Source: an uncultured Anaerolineae bacterium
Lineage (GTDB): Bacteria > Chloroflexota > Anaerolineae > Aggregatilineales > UBA3940
Reading direction: 5' to 3'
NCBI GenBank assembly: GCA_964506005.1
Contig: CAZDLX010000003.1
Coordinates: 1 to 52,360 of the forward strand
Length of the DNA stretch: 52,360 nucleotides
A program made the position numbers and the translations under genes. The notes beneath the pieces were generated by a model. It was not told the origin of the DNA and searched no databases. It worked only from the letters and a program-made list of their open reading frames with translations. How positions within the stretch are numbered: the stretch's first letter is position 1; each line of letters begins with the position of its first letter. Positions 8,290 to 15,467 of this stretch are shown one piece after another.

Positions 8290-9252
8290 ATGGCTGAAGA
8301 CCCGAAGACAATCCGCGATGCACCCGCGCTCGGCGGGCCGCGCCGCCAGCGGGACCCGCGCCTGTGGGGCGCGCTGCTGGGCCGCGATGACCGCCGGCGC
8401 CGTGAGGCCGCCCGTACCATTCGCGCGCTAGAGGCGGATCGGGACTACGCTCGGCAGCTTATCGACACGATCCCCACGCTGCCGCCTGCCCAGCGCGCCG
8501 TCGCGGGGGATGCACTGTCGATGCTGGGCGACGTGCGCTTCTCGCCACCTTACTATCTCTCCGAAATGATCTACGTGACCGCCGGCGAGGCCATCCTCGG
8601 CAGCAGCCGCTTCCCCGAGGAATACCCCGTTCACACGGTCGAGGTGGGGGGCTTTGCGCTGGCACAGCACCCGGTGACGCTCTCCGCTTTTGCCGCGTTC
8701 GAGCAGGCGACCGGCTACCGGCGCGTGCGCGGACGGGAGCGCGAATATGGGGCGATGCTCAACGCACCGGTCGTGCACGTCTCCGCGAGAGATGCCGAAG
8801 CGTACTGCCGCTGGCTGAGCGGCGAGACGGGCCACCACTACCGGCTGCCGACCGAGGCGGAGTGGGTGCTCGCGGCGCGCGGCCCGGCGGACCGCCGCGC
8901 CTACCCGTGGGGCGACCAGTACGACGACCTGTGCGCGAACGGCTGGACGGGCGGCTCGGCGCAGCGGCTGTGCGCCGTTGGGCTGTACCCCGAGGGGCGC
9001 GGACCGTACGGGCATGACGATCTCGCCGGGAACGTCTGGGAGTGGTGCTCGTCGCTGTACTGGCCGTACCCGTACCACGCGAACGACGGGCGCGAGGACC
9101 CCGGCGCGGAGGGCGAGCCCCGCGTGATGCACGGGGGCTCGTGGCGCAGCAGGCCGCTCTCGCTGCGCTGCGCGGCCCGCCAGGGCGAGCCGCCCGCCGA
9201 CAGCTTCGACGTGGTCGGCTTCCGGCTGGCGAGGGATGGCTCGGGTGGTTGA
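8290..9252 (+). CDS. FGE-sulfatase (SUMF1-like) fold protein lacking the catalytic Cys pair
   Basis: 320 aa with RLPTEAEWVLAARG, GNVWEWCSS, HGGSWRS and VGFRLARD motifs. The loop that carries C-x4-C in true formylglycine-generating enzymes reads GGSWRSRPLSLRCAAR, with neither Cys. The N-terminal ~80 aa are helical. Confidence 0.85.
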   Translation: MAEDPKTIRDAPALGGPRRQRDPRLWGALLGRDDRRRREAARTIRALEADRDYARQLIDTIPTLPPAQRAVAGDALSMLGDVRFSPPYYLSEMIYVTAGEAILGSSRFPEEYPVHTVEVGGFALAQHPVTLSAFAAFEQATGYRRVRGREREYGAMLNAPVVHVSARDAEAYCRWLSGETGHHYRLPTEAEWVLAARGPADRRAYPWGDQYDDLCANGWTGGSAQRLCAVGLYPEGRGPYGHDDLAGNVWEWCSSLYWPYPYHANDGREDPGAEGEPRVMHGGSWRSRPLSLRCAARQGEPPADSFDVVGFRLARDGSGG

Positions 9253-10183
9253 TCACGGCTTCGAGCCCGCTTACCTTGCGCTGCACCGCAGCGGCGAGCT
9301 TGCCCGCCGCGCCGGGCGCGCCCGTGCCGCGCTGCACGGCTGCCGGCTGTGCGGCTGGGACTGCGGCATCGACCGGGCGCGGGAGCTGGGGCCGTGCCGC
9401 ACAGGGACGCAGGCGCTCGTCGCGACGGCGTATCTGCACTTCGGTGAGGAGCGTCCGATCAGCGCGGGGCGCGGCTCGGGCGCGATCTTCTTCGCCAACT
9501 GCGATCTGCGCTGCCAGTTCTGCCAGACCGCACGCTGGAACATTAAGGGGCAGGGCAGGCCGCTCACCGAGCGCCAGCTTGCCGACGTCATGCTCGACCT
9601 CGCGGGGCAGGGTGCGGCGAACATCAACCTCGTCACGCCGACGCACGTCGTGCCGCAGATTCTCGGCGCACTGGCGCTGGCTGCGGACGATGGGCTGAGA
9701 ATCCCGCTGGTGTGGAACTCCGGCGGCTACGACTCGCCGCAGACGCTGGCCCTGCTCGACGGTGCGGTGGACGTCTACCTGCCTGACATGAAATACAGCG
9801 ATGCCTCACTTGCCCGGCGGCTGAGTGGTGTGCGCGATTACCCGCGCACCAACCGGGCGGCGGTGCTGGAGATGCACCGGCAGGTCGGCCACCTGCGGCT
9901 CGACGCGGCTGGCGCGGCTTGCCGCGGGGTGCTGGTGCGGCATCTCGTCATGCCGGGGCATGACGAGAACACCGCCGGGGTGCTAGAATGGATTGCGGAG
10001 CACCTCGGGCCCGGCACCTACCTCAGCCTCATGGACCAGTACCGCCCGGCTTACCGCGCCTTCGCGCGGGAGGGCATCGACCGGCCGCTCCGGCCCGAGG
10101 AGTACGCCCGCGCCCGCTTGCATGCCGACCGCCTCGGCCTGCGCCGGCTGGACGGCAGCCTATTACTTGAACCGGCATCATAG
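9236..10183 (+). CDS. radical SAM protein, PflX-like (COG1313-type activase homologue)
   Basis: 315 aa. The CDLRCQFCQ motif (C-x3-C-x2-C) lies in FFANCDLRCQFCQTARWNIKG. An N-terminal Cys cluster CRLCGWDCGIDRARELGPC is present. There is no C-terminal SPASM-type Cys cluster. The start overlaps the FGE-fold gene by 17 nt. Confidence 0.8.
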   Translation: MARVVDHGFEPAYLALHRSGELARRAGRARAALHGCRLCGWDCGIDRARELGPCRTGTQALVATAYLHFGEERPISAGRGSGAIFFANCDLRCQFCQTARWNIKGQGRPLTERQLADVMLDLAGQGAANINLVTPTHVVPQILGALALAADDGLRIPLVWNSGGYDSPQTLALLDGAVDVYLPDMKYSDASLARRLSGVRDYPRTNRAAVLEMHRQVGHLRLDAAGAACRGVLVRHLVMPGHDENTAGVLEWIAEHLGPGTYLSLMDQYRPAYRAFAREGIDRPLRPEEYARARLHADRLGLRRLDGSLLLEPAS

Positions 10184-10199
10184 CAGCGGCAGAGTGACC

Positions 10200-11228
10200 A
10201 TGACTGAACAGAGAACAGACACCCGCCTCGTTGAGCAGTTCACCGCGTCGAACGGCGCGCGCATCTTCCGCGTGCCGATGGATGTGTTTCCTAATTACGT
10301 CGGCTACGCACACCTCGTCGAGCACGGTGGCGAGCTCACGCTGGTCGACGTCGGCTCGGGCTTCGGCAGCTCGCACGACGACCTGCTGGCGGGGCTTGAG
10401 CAGGTCCGCGAGGCGCACGGGCTCGACGCCAGGCTCAGCCGCATCGACCGCATCCTCATCACGCACGGGCATATCGACCACTTCGGCGGCCTGATGCGCG
10501 TGAAAGAAGCCGCGCCTCAGGCGGAGGTCGGGCTGCACCGGCTCGCCCGGCCCGTGCTGGTGAGCTACGACGAGCGCGTGCTGCTCAGCCGTACGGCGGT
10601 CGAGGACTTCATGCGGCGCGCGGGTGTGCCCGAGGAGCGCCTGGCAGACCTGCTGGAGATGTACATGCTCGGCAAGCGGGAGTTCAAGCAGGTGCCGGTC
10701 GATTTCACGTTCGGCGATGGCGACCGCATCGGCAACACGTTCGAGGCGATCCACGTGCCGGGCCACGCGCCGGGGCTCGTCATGCTGAAGGCCGGCGATA
10801 TTCTGCTCACTTCGGATCACGTGCTGCCCCATACCAGCGTGGCGCTGGCCCCCGAGAGCATCATGCCTTACACCGGCATCGGCCACTACATCGAGTCGCT
10901 GGAGAAGGCGCTGCGCGTCGAGGGTGTGCGGCTGGCGCTCGGCGGGCATGAGGAACCGGTCGAGGACTACTACGGTATGGTGAGAAACACGCTGGACGGC
11001 GCGCGGGGCAAGGTCGAGCGCGTGTACGCCGAGTGCGCCGAGCCTAGCACGATCTACGAGATCGCGCGGCGGATCTACTCCACGCTCGACGGCTACGGCG
11101 AGCTGCTCAAGCTGGAGCAGACCGGCGCGCGTGTCGAGTATCTGAACCAGCGCGGGCGCGTCATGATCGAAAACCTCGACGCGCTGGAGGCCGAGCACAG
11201 CCCGCCGCTGCGCTACCGGCAGGTCTGA
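10200..11228 (+). CDS. MBL-fold metallo-hydrolase
   Basis: ATG 10200 gives MTEQRTD.... The H-x-H-x-D-H motif is ILITHGHIDHFGG, with a later HVPGHAPG. It starts 16 nt after the radical SAM stop. The track ORF start at 9993 overlaps the previous gene and was rejected. Confidence 0.8.
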   Translation: MTEQRTDTRLVEQFTASNGARIFRVPMDVFPNYVGYAHLVEHGGELTLVDVGSGFGSSHDDLLAGLEQVREAHGLDARLSRIDRILITHGHIDHFGGLMRVKEAAPQAEVGLHRLARPVLVSYDERVLLSRTAVEDFMRRAGVPEERLADLLEMYMLGKREFKQVPVDFTFGDGDRIGNTFEAIHVPGHAPGLVMLKAGDILLTSDHVLPHTSVALAPESIMPYTGIGHYIESLEKALRVEGVRLALGGHEEPVEDYYGMVRNTLDGARGKVERVYAECAEPSTIYEIARRIYSTLDGYGELLKLEQTGARVEYLNQRGRVMIENLDALEAEHSPPLRYRQV

Positions 11229-11279
11229 GCCCGGGCGGCATGCCCGGCTGCTGTATCCCCATCAGCGAGAGGACTGGCA

Positions 11280-11690
11280 ATGGTCGACCCCGACGTCAAA
11301 GGCAAAGTCTTTGAGCCGTTCACGATGGCCGTCGAGCGCGGCAAGGTGCGCGAGTTCCTGCTGGCCACCGGCGAGGACGTAGAGGCATACCAGGGCGAGG
11401 ATGCGTCCGTCCCGCCGACGTTCGCCACGGTGCTGCGCTTCTGGGCCGGCGGCGGGCTCGAACGGGCGCTCAACGAGCTTGGCGTCGACATTACCCGGGT
11501 GCTCCACGCCGAGCAGTCGTACGAGTACCTGCTGCCCGTGCGCGTGGGCGACACGATCACCGGCACGACGCGCGTCAGCGACGTTTACAACCGCGCTGGT
11601 ATGGACTTCGTCGAGTTCACCACGCAGTATATGAACCAGGACGGCGACCCCGTGCTCAACGACCGGGCGCTGATCGTGGTGAGAGGGTAG
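11280..11690 (+). CDS. MaoC-family dehydratase, N-terminal-type (non-catalytic hot-dog) subunit
   Basis: 136 aa: MVDPDVKGKVFEPFTMAVERGKVREF...PPTFATV...LHAEQSYEY. This is typical of the HadA-like partner that precedes a MaoC dehydratase. RBS is GAGAGGA. Confidence 0.75.
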   Translation: MVDPDVKGKVFEPFTMAVERGKVREFLLATGEDVEAYQGEDASVPPTFATVLRFWAGGGLERALNELGVDITRVLHAEQSYEYLLPVRVGDTITGTTRVSDVYNRAGMDFVEFTTQYMNQDGDPVLNDRALIVVRG

Positions 11691-11699
11691 GGGGCTGCC

Positions 11700-12134
11700 A
11701 TGTCGCTGTTCTACGAGGACGTCAACGCGGGCGACGAGCTGCCGCCGCTGGTCAGAGGCCCGATCGAGCCCATCGACCTGGTGCGCTACGCCGGGGCGTG
11801 CGGTGACTTCAACCCGATCCACACCGTGCCGAGTGTCGCGCAGGAGGTCGGGCTGGATGGCATCATCGCGCACGGGATGCTGGTCATGGCCTATGCCGGG
11901 CAGGTGGTGACCAACTGGGCGGGCCCCGGCACGATGCGCCATTTCAAGGTGCGGTTCAGCGGCATGACGGTGCCGGGCGAGACGCTGGTCTGTGAGGCGC
12001 GCGTCACGGGCAAGGAGTCGGCGGACGGGCAGCACCTGGTGCGGGGCCGGCTGACCGTGAAGGGTCAGGCCGACGACTCACTCAAGCTGAAAGGCGAGTT
12101 CACCGTCGCGCTGCCGTCGAAGGCAGAGGACTGA
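11700..12134 (+). CDS. MaoC-like (R)-specific enoyl-CoA hydratase/dehydratase
   Basis: 144 aa with the hydratase motif YAGACGDFNPIHTVPSVAQEVGLDGIIAHGML. It starts 9 nt after the partner gene. Confidence 0.85.
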   Translation: MSLFYEDVNAGDELPPLVRGPIEPIDLVRYAGACGDFNPIHTVPSVAQEVGLDGIIAHGMLVMAYAGQVVTNWAGPGTMRHFKVRFSGMTVPGETLVCEARVTGKESADGQHLVRGRLTVKGQADDSLKLKGEFTVALPSKAED

Positions 12135-12135
12135 A

Positions 12136-12275
12136 CGAATCGTAGGGGCGTAGTATGCTACGCCCCTGACAATGTGGCACTGAGCGCAGGGTAGGGGCGG
12201 GTCTCAGACCCGCCCCTACGATTCGATTGGTAGGGGCCTGTGTTGTTGTCACAGCACAGCCTGCGCCCCTACCAA
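12136..12275. repeat. cluster of three GTAGGGGC...GCCCCTAC hairpin repeats between convergent genes
   Basis: Hairpin A: AGGGGCGTAG-tatg-CTACGCCCCT (12144-12167). Hairpin B: perfect 13-bp stem GTAGGGGCGGGTC-tca-GACCCGCCCCTAC (12191-12219). Hairpin C: TTGGTAGGGGC-27 nt-GCCCCTACCAA (12227-12275). GAATCGTAGGGGCG (12136-) is also inverted to CGCCCCTACGATTC (-12235). The cluster probably acts as a bidirectional transcription stop. Confidence 0.7.
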
Positions 12276-12301
12276 TGTGACACCGCCACAGGGGTGGAGC
12301 C

Positions 12302-13588
12302 CTACGCCGGCAGCTCGCTGGAACTGTAGTTGAGCACCTGCCGCGCCACGATCAGCAGGTTGATCTCCTGCGTGCCTTCGTACAGGTCGGCGATTTTCGC
12401 GTCACGGGCCAGCTTCTCGATCAGCCACTCGCGGCTGTAGCCCATCGGCCCGAGCAGTTCCACACAGCGGTGCGCGATGCGTGTCCCCGCGTCGCCCGCT
12501 TTAGCCTTGCACATGCTCGACTCCAGTGCGTTGGGCTCGCCGTGGTCCATCATCGAGCCCGCGCGCAGCGTCAGCAGCCACGTCGCTTTGAGCTCCGCCT
12601 CCATGTCGATGATGTCGCGCTCGATGGCGGTCAGCTCGTGGGGCGGCGCGTCGTAGCGGATGGCGATGCCGGCCTCGGCGAGCTTCTCCTTTGTCAGCTC
12701 CAGTGCGGCGCGCGCCACGCCGACCGCCGTCGCGGCGACGATGGGGCGCGAGGCATCGAAGGTCTTCATCGCGCCCTTGAAGCCCTTCTTGCTGGCCGAA
12801 TCGCGCTCGCGGACCTCTGCACTGCCGAGGATGTTGTCGTAGGGGATGCGGGCGTTCTCGAACGAGATGGCGACCGTGTCGCTGGCCCGGATGCCGTGCT
12901 TGATCTCGGCCTTCGTCACCGTGACGCCGGGCGTCCCCGCCTCGACGACGAACGACTTCATCCCGGCGCGGCCCGCACTCTTGTCGACGGTGGCCCACAC
13001 GACAACGAGGCCATTGGACTCGTCGAGCGCAAGCCCGCCGTTAGTGCAGAAGATCTTCTCGCCGTTGAGCACCCACTCGTTCGTTTCCTCGTCGAGCCGC
13101 GCCGTGGTGCTGATGGCCGACGTATCCGAGCCCGCGCCGGGCTCCGTCATCGCCATTGCGCCCCAGGCGGGCGGCGCCTTGGGGTCGGCGAAGCGCGACA
13201 GGAAACGCTCCTTCTGCTCCAGCGTGCCCACCGCCTCGATAGCAGTGCCGCCGAGCAGGGCGGAAGGCGTGCACAGGTACTGGCCGACGTCGCCCCAGGC
13301 CAGCAGCTCGGCCAGGTGCATCATGCCGACGAAGAACGTGCCCGGCCCCCGGCGCTCCTTCGGTGCGGCGTCGCCCGCGGCGGCTTCCTCCGCTTTGCGG
13401 CGCTCGCGCTTCAGCGAGGCGGCCTGCATGTCGGCCATGACGGGCCACATGAACTGGACGTACTGGTCGGGGCGGGTGTGCTCGTTCTCGTCGAGGTAGC
13501 GGGCCTGCGGGCGCATCACGTCCCGCGCGACCATCTCCGTCATCTGCCGCTGCATTTCCAGCTTCTCGGGCAGGCTGAATTCAATCAT
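12302..13588 (-). CDS. acyl-CoA dehydrogenase family protein
   Basis: 428 aa with ACAD signatures (WGAMAMTEPGAGSD, ...YEGTQEINLLIVARQ). An AAGGAG RBS lies 6 nt upstream of ATG 13588. Confidence 0.9.
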   Translation of the reverse strand: MIEFSLPEKLEMQRQMTEMVARDVMRPQARYLDENEHTRPDQYVQFMWPVMADMQAASLKRERRKAEEAAAGDAAPKERRGPGTFFVGMMHLAELLAWGDVGQYLCTPSALLGGTAIEAVGTLEQKERFLSRFADPKAPPAWGAMAMTEPGAGSDTSAISTTARLDEETNEWVLNGEKIFCTNGGLALDESNGLVVVWATVDKSAGRAGMKSFVVEAGTPGVTVTKAEIKHGIRASDTVAISFENARIPYDNILGSAEVRERDSASKKGFKGAMKTFDASRPIVAATAVGVARAALELTKEKLAEAGIAIRYDAPPHELTAIERDIIDMEAELKATWLLTLRAGSMMDHGEPNALESSMCKAKAGDAGTRIAHRCVELLGPMGYSREWLIEKLARDAKIADLYEGTQEINLLIVARQVLNYSSSELPA

Positions 13589-13621
13589 GTCTGTCTCCTT
13601 TTCCGCTGCTCACCGCACCCG

Positions 13622-14725
13622 CTAAACGATTGCCAGCCCCTCGAACGCCGCGAAGCCGCGCGCGTTGCGCAGCCAGCGTTCGGCGGGGTACTCGCGGATG
13701 TAGCCGTAGCCGCCCAGCGTCTGCACGCCGCTGTCCGCTACGAACAGCGCCGCACGGCCGGTGTAGGCCTTGACGAGCGCCGCGTCCCGCGTGAGCTCGC
13801 AGCCCTGGTCGGCCTGCCAGGCGGCCTCCCACACCAGTACGCGCATCGCATCGACCTCTATAGCCATCTTCGCGATGCGAAAGGCGACCGCCTGCTTGCT
13901 GGCGATGGGCACTCCGAACTGCACCCGCTCTTTGGCGTAGTCGCCGGCGTATTCTGTGGCGGCGCGGGCCACGCCGACCGCCAGCGCCCCGAGCGCGATG
14001 CGGCTGCGGTTGAGAAGCACGGTGTAGTCGGTGCCCGCCTCCCCGCCCAGTCGACTCTCAGCCGGGATCCGCACGTCCGACAGGTTTAGCCGGTAGGCAG
14101 GCAGCGCGTGGACGCCCATCAGCGCCTCGCGTTCCTGGACCACCATCCCCTCGGTACCGCCCGGCACGATGTAGCCATCCACCTTGCCGGTCTCGCTGTC
14201 CCGTGCGTAGACGAGGATCGCCTCGGCACCGGCGGCGAGCGGCACGTAGGCCTTCGCGCCGGCCAGTGTGACGGTGCCATCTCCGTTGCGGGTCGCGGTT
14301 GTGGTGGGCCGCCACGGGTCGAATGTGACGCTCGGCTCCATCAGTGCGGCGGTCATGCGGGGGCGGTCGGCATCGCAGAACAGCGGCAGGTAGGCCTGCT
14401 TCTGCGCCTCACTACCCGCGTACAGGATGGGCAGCGCGAACAGCGCGGGAGCCCACAGCTCCAGCGCGGCGGCGAGGTCGCCCCAGGCCAGCTCTTCGAG
14501 CGCCAGCACCCCGGTGACGGCGTCCTGCCCCTCGCTGTAGCCGCCATATTCCTCCGGTATCAGACCGGGCAGCAGGCCGAGGTCCCAGCCCTTTTTGATC
14601 GCCGCACCGGGCATCTCGGCGGCCTCGTCGGCATCGTGCGCCACACGCCGGAGGTCCGTCTCGGCGTAGCGGTGCACGGCTTCGACGAGCATGTTCTGCT
14701 CGTCAGTGGGTGTGAAGTCGATCAT
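13622..14725 (-). CDS. acyl-CoA dehydrogenase family protein
   Basis: The start was chosen at MIDFTPTDEQ (ATG 14725), preceded by GTGGAGGGGA. The body includes ...TAALMEP..., ...GGYGYIREYPAERWLRNA.... The track start at 14758 adds 11 aa without an RBS. Confidence 0.9.
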   Translation of the reverse strand: MIDFTPTDEQNMLVEAVHRYAETDLRRVAHDADEAAEMPGAAIKKGWDLGLLPGLIPEEYGGYSEGQDAVTGVLALEELAWGDLAAALELWAPALFALPILYAGSEAQKQAYLPLFCDADRPRMTAALMEPSVTFDPWRPTTTATRNGDGTVTLAGAKAYVPLAAGAEAILVYARDSETGKVDGYIVPGGTEGMVVQEREALMGVHALPAYRLNLSDVRIPAESRLGGEAGTDYTVLLNRSRIALGALAVGVARAATEYAGDYAKERVQFGVPIASKQAVAFRIAKMAIEVDAMRVLVWEAAWQADQGCELTRDAALVKAYTGRAALFVADSGVQTLGGYGYIREYPAERWLRNARGFAAFEGLAIV

Positions 14726-14759
14726 CGTCCCCTCCACTTGTAACGGATAAAACCGCACA

Positions 14760-14781
14760 GTGCTCCGCTCAAGCGGAGCAC
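14760..14781 (-). other. perfect 9-bp stem-loop between tetR and the first ACAD gene
   Basis: GTGCTCCGC-tcaa-GCGGAGCAC. On the transcript it is followed by UGUGCGGUUUUA, so the U-run is displaced. It may be an attenuator or an RNA-stability element. Confidence 0.3.
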
Positions 14782-14784
14782 ACG

Positions 14785-15369
14785 TTAAGCGTCGCGTGCA
14801 GGCTGCTCGATGCCGTAGAGGAAGAGGTCGAAGAAGATGTCGGCGATCTGGCCCGCGTCCAGGCGTCCTTCGGGGCGATACCAGCGTGTCATCCAGTTGA
14901 CCATGCCGAGCAGCGCGTGTGTCACGATGGTCACATCGGCTGCGCGGAACACGCCTTCCTGGATGCCCTGCTGGACGATGGCGCGGAAGAACTGCTCGAC
15001 CCGGTCCCTCTGAGCAACATAGTGCTGCAGGTAGGCGTCGCCCAGGCCGCGGTCCTCGCGCAGGAACACGGCTGCGCCGTCGGGGTTGTCGGCGATGAGC
15101 CGGGCGTGGGCGTGGATGGCAGCGCGGAGCTTGGTGGTGCAGCCGTCGTCAGAGGCAGCGATAGCCTCCATGTCGCGGGTGAACTGCTCCATGCCCGCGT
15201 CGAGGATGGCGAGCAGGATGTCTTCCTTGCCGTCGAAGTGGTGGTAGAGGCTCGGCTTCTGGATGGCGACCTCCCGCGCGATGTCACGCATCGAGGTGGC
15301 GTGATAGCCGTTCCGGTTGAAAAGCTGGATGGCGGCGCTGATGATGGCGTCGCGGCTGACTTTCGGCAT
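14785..15369 (-). CDS. TetR/AcrR family transcriptional regulator (likely fatty-acid degradation regulator)
   Basis: 194 aa with an N-terminal HTH: AAIQLFNRNGYHATSMRDIAREVAIQKPSLYHHF. It is first in a co-directional tetR-ACAD-ACAD arrangement. Confidence 0.9.
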   Translation of the reverse strand: MPKVSRDAIISAAIQLFNRNGYHATSMRDIAREVAIQKPSLYHHFDGKEDILLAILDAGMEQFTRDMEAIAASDDGCTTKLRAAIHAHARLIADNPDGAAVFLREDRGLGDAYLQHYVAQRDRVEQFFRAIVQQGIQEGVFRAADVTIVTHALLGMVNWMTRWYRPEGRLDAGQIADIFFDLFLYGIEQPARDA

Positions 15370-15379
15370 GCTGGCCTCC

Positions 15380-15397
15380 CTACCGACCGGTCGGTAG
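15380..15397. promoter_or_regulatory. perfect 18-bp palindrome, candidate TetR operator
   Basis: CTACCGACCGGTCGGTAG equals its own reverse complement. It lies 11-28 nt upstream of the tetR ATG, between the predicted -10 box and the RBS. Confidence 0.55.
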
Positions 15398-15401
15398 TCT
15401 G

Positions 15402-15430
15402 AGTATACGGGCGAGAAGCATGGAGGTCAA
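15402..15430 (-). promoter_or_regulatory. sigma-70-type promoter of the tetR-ACAD operon
   Basis: The minus strand reads TTGACC (15430-15425), a 17-nt spacer, then TATACT (15407-15402). The palindromic operator starts 4 nt downstream of the -10 box. Confidence 0.5.
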
Positions 15431-15467
15431 GCGCCCGCACCCCCGGCAGACGTGCTGTGCCGACACA

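Noticed and set aside
9236-10183. Anaerobic sulfatase-maturing enzyme (anSME) next to an FGE-like gene
   Set aside because: There is no C-terminal SPASM or twitch Cys cluster. The N-terminal Cys cluster and the length fit PflX-type activase homologues. No sulfatase gene lies in the neighbourhood.
12470-14089. 539-aa + strand ORF across the two acyl-CoA dehydrogenase genes
   Set aside because: It is antisense to two well-supported ACAD genes and spans their intergenic gap. It has an Arg/Gly/Ala-rich low-complexity translation.
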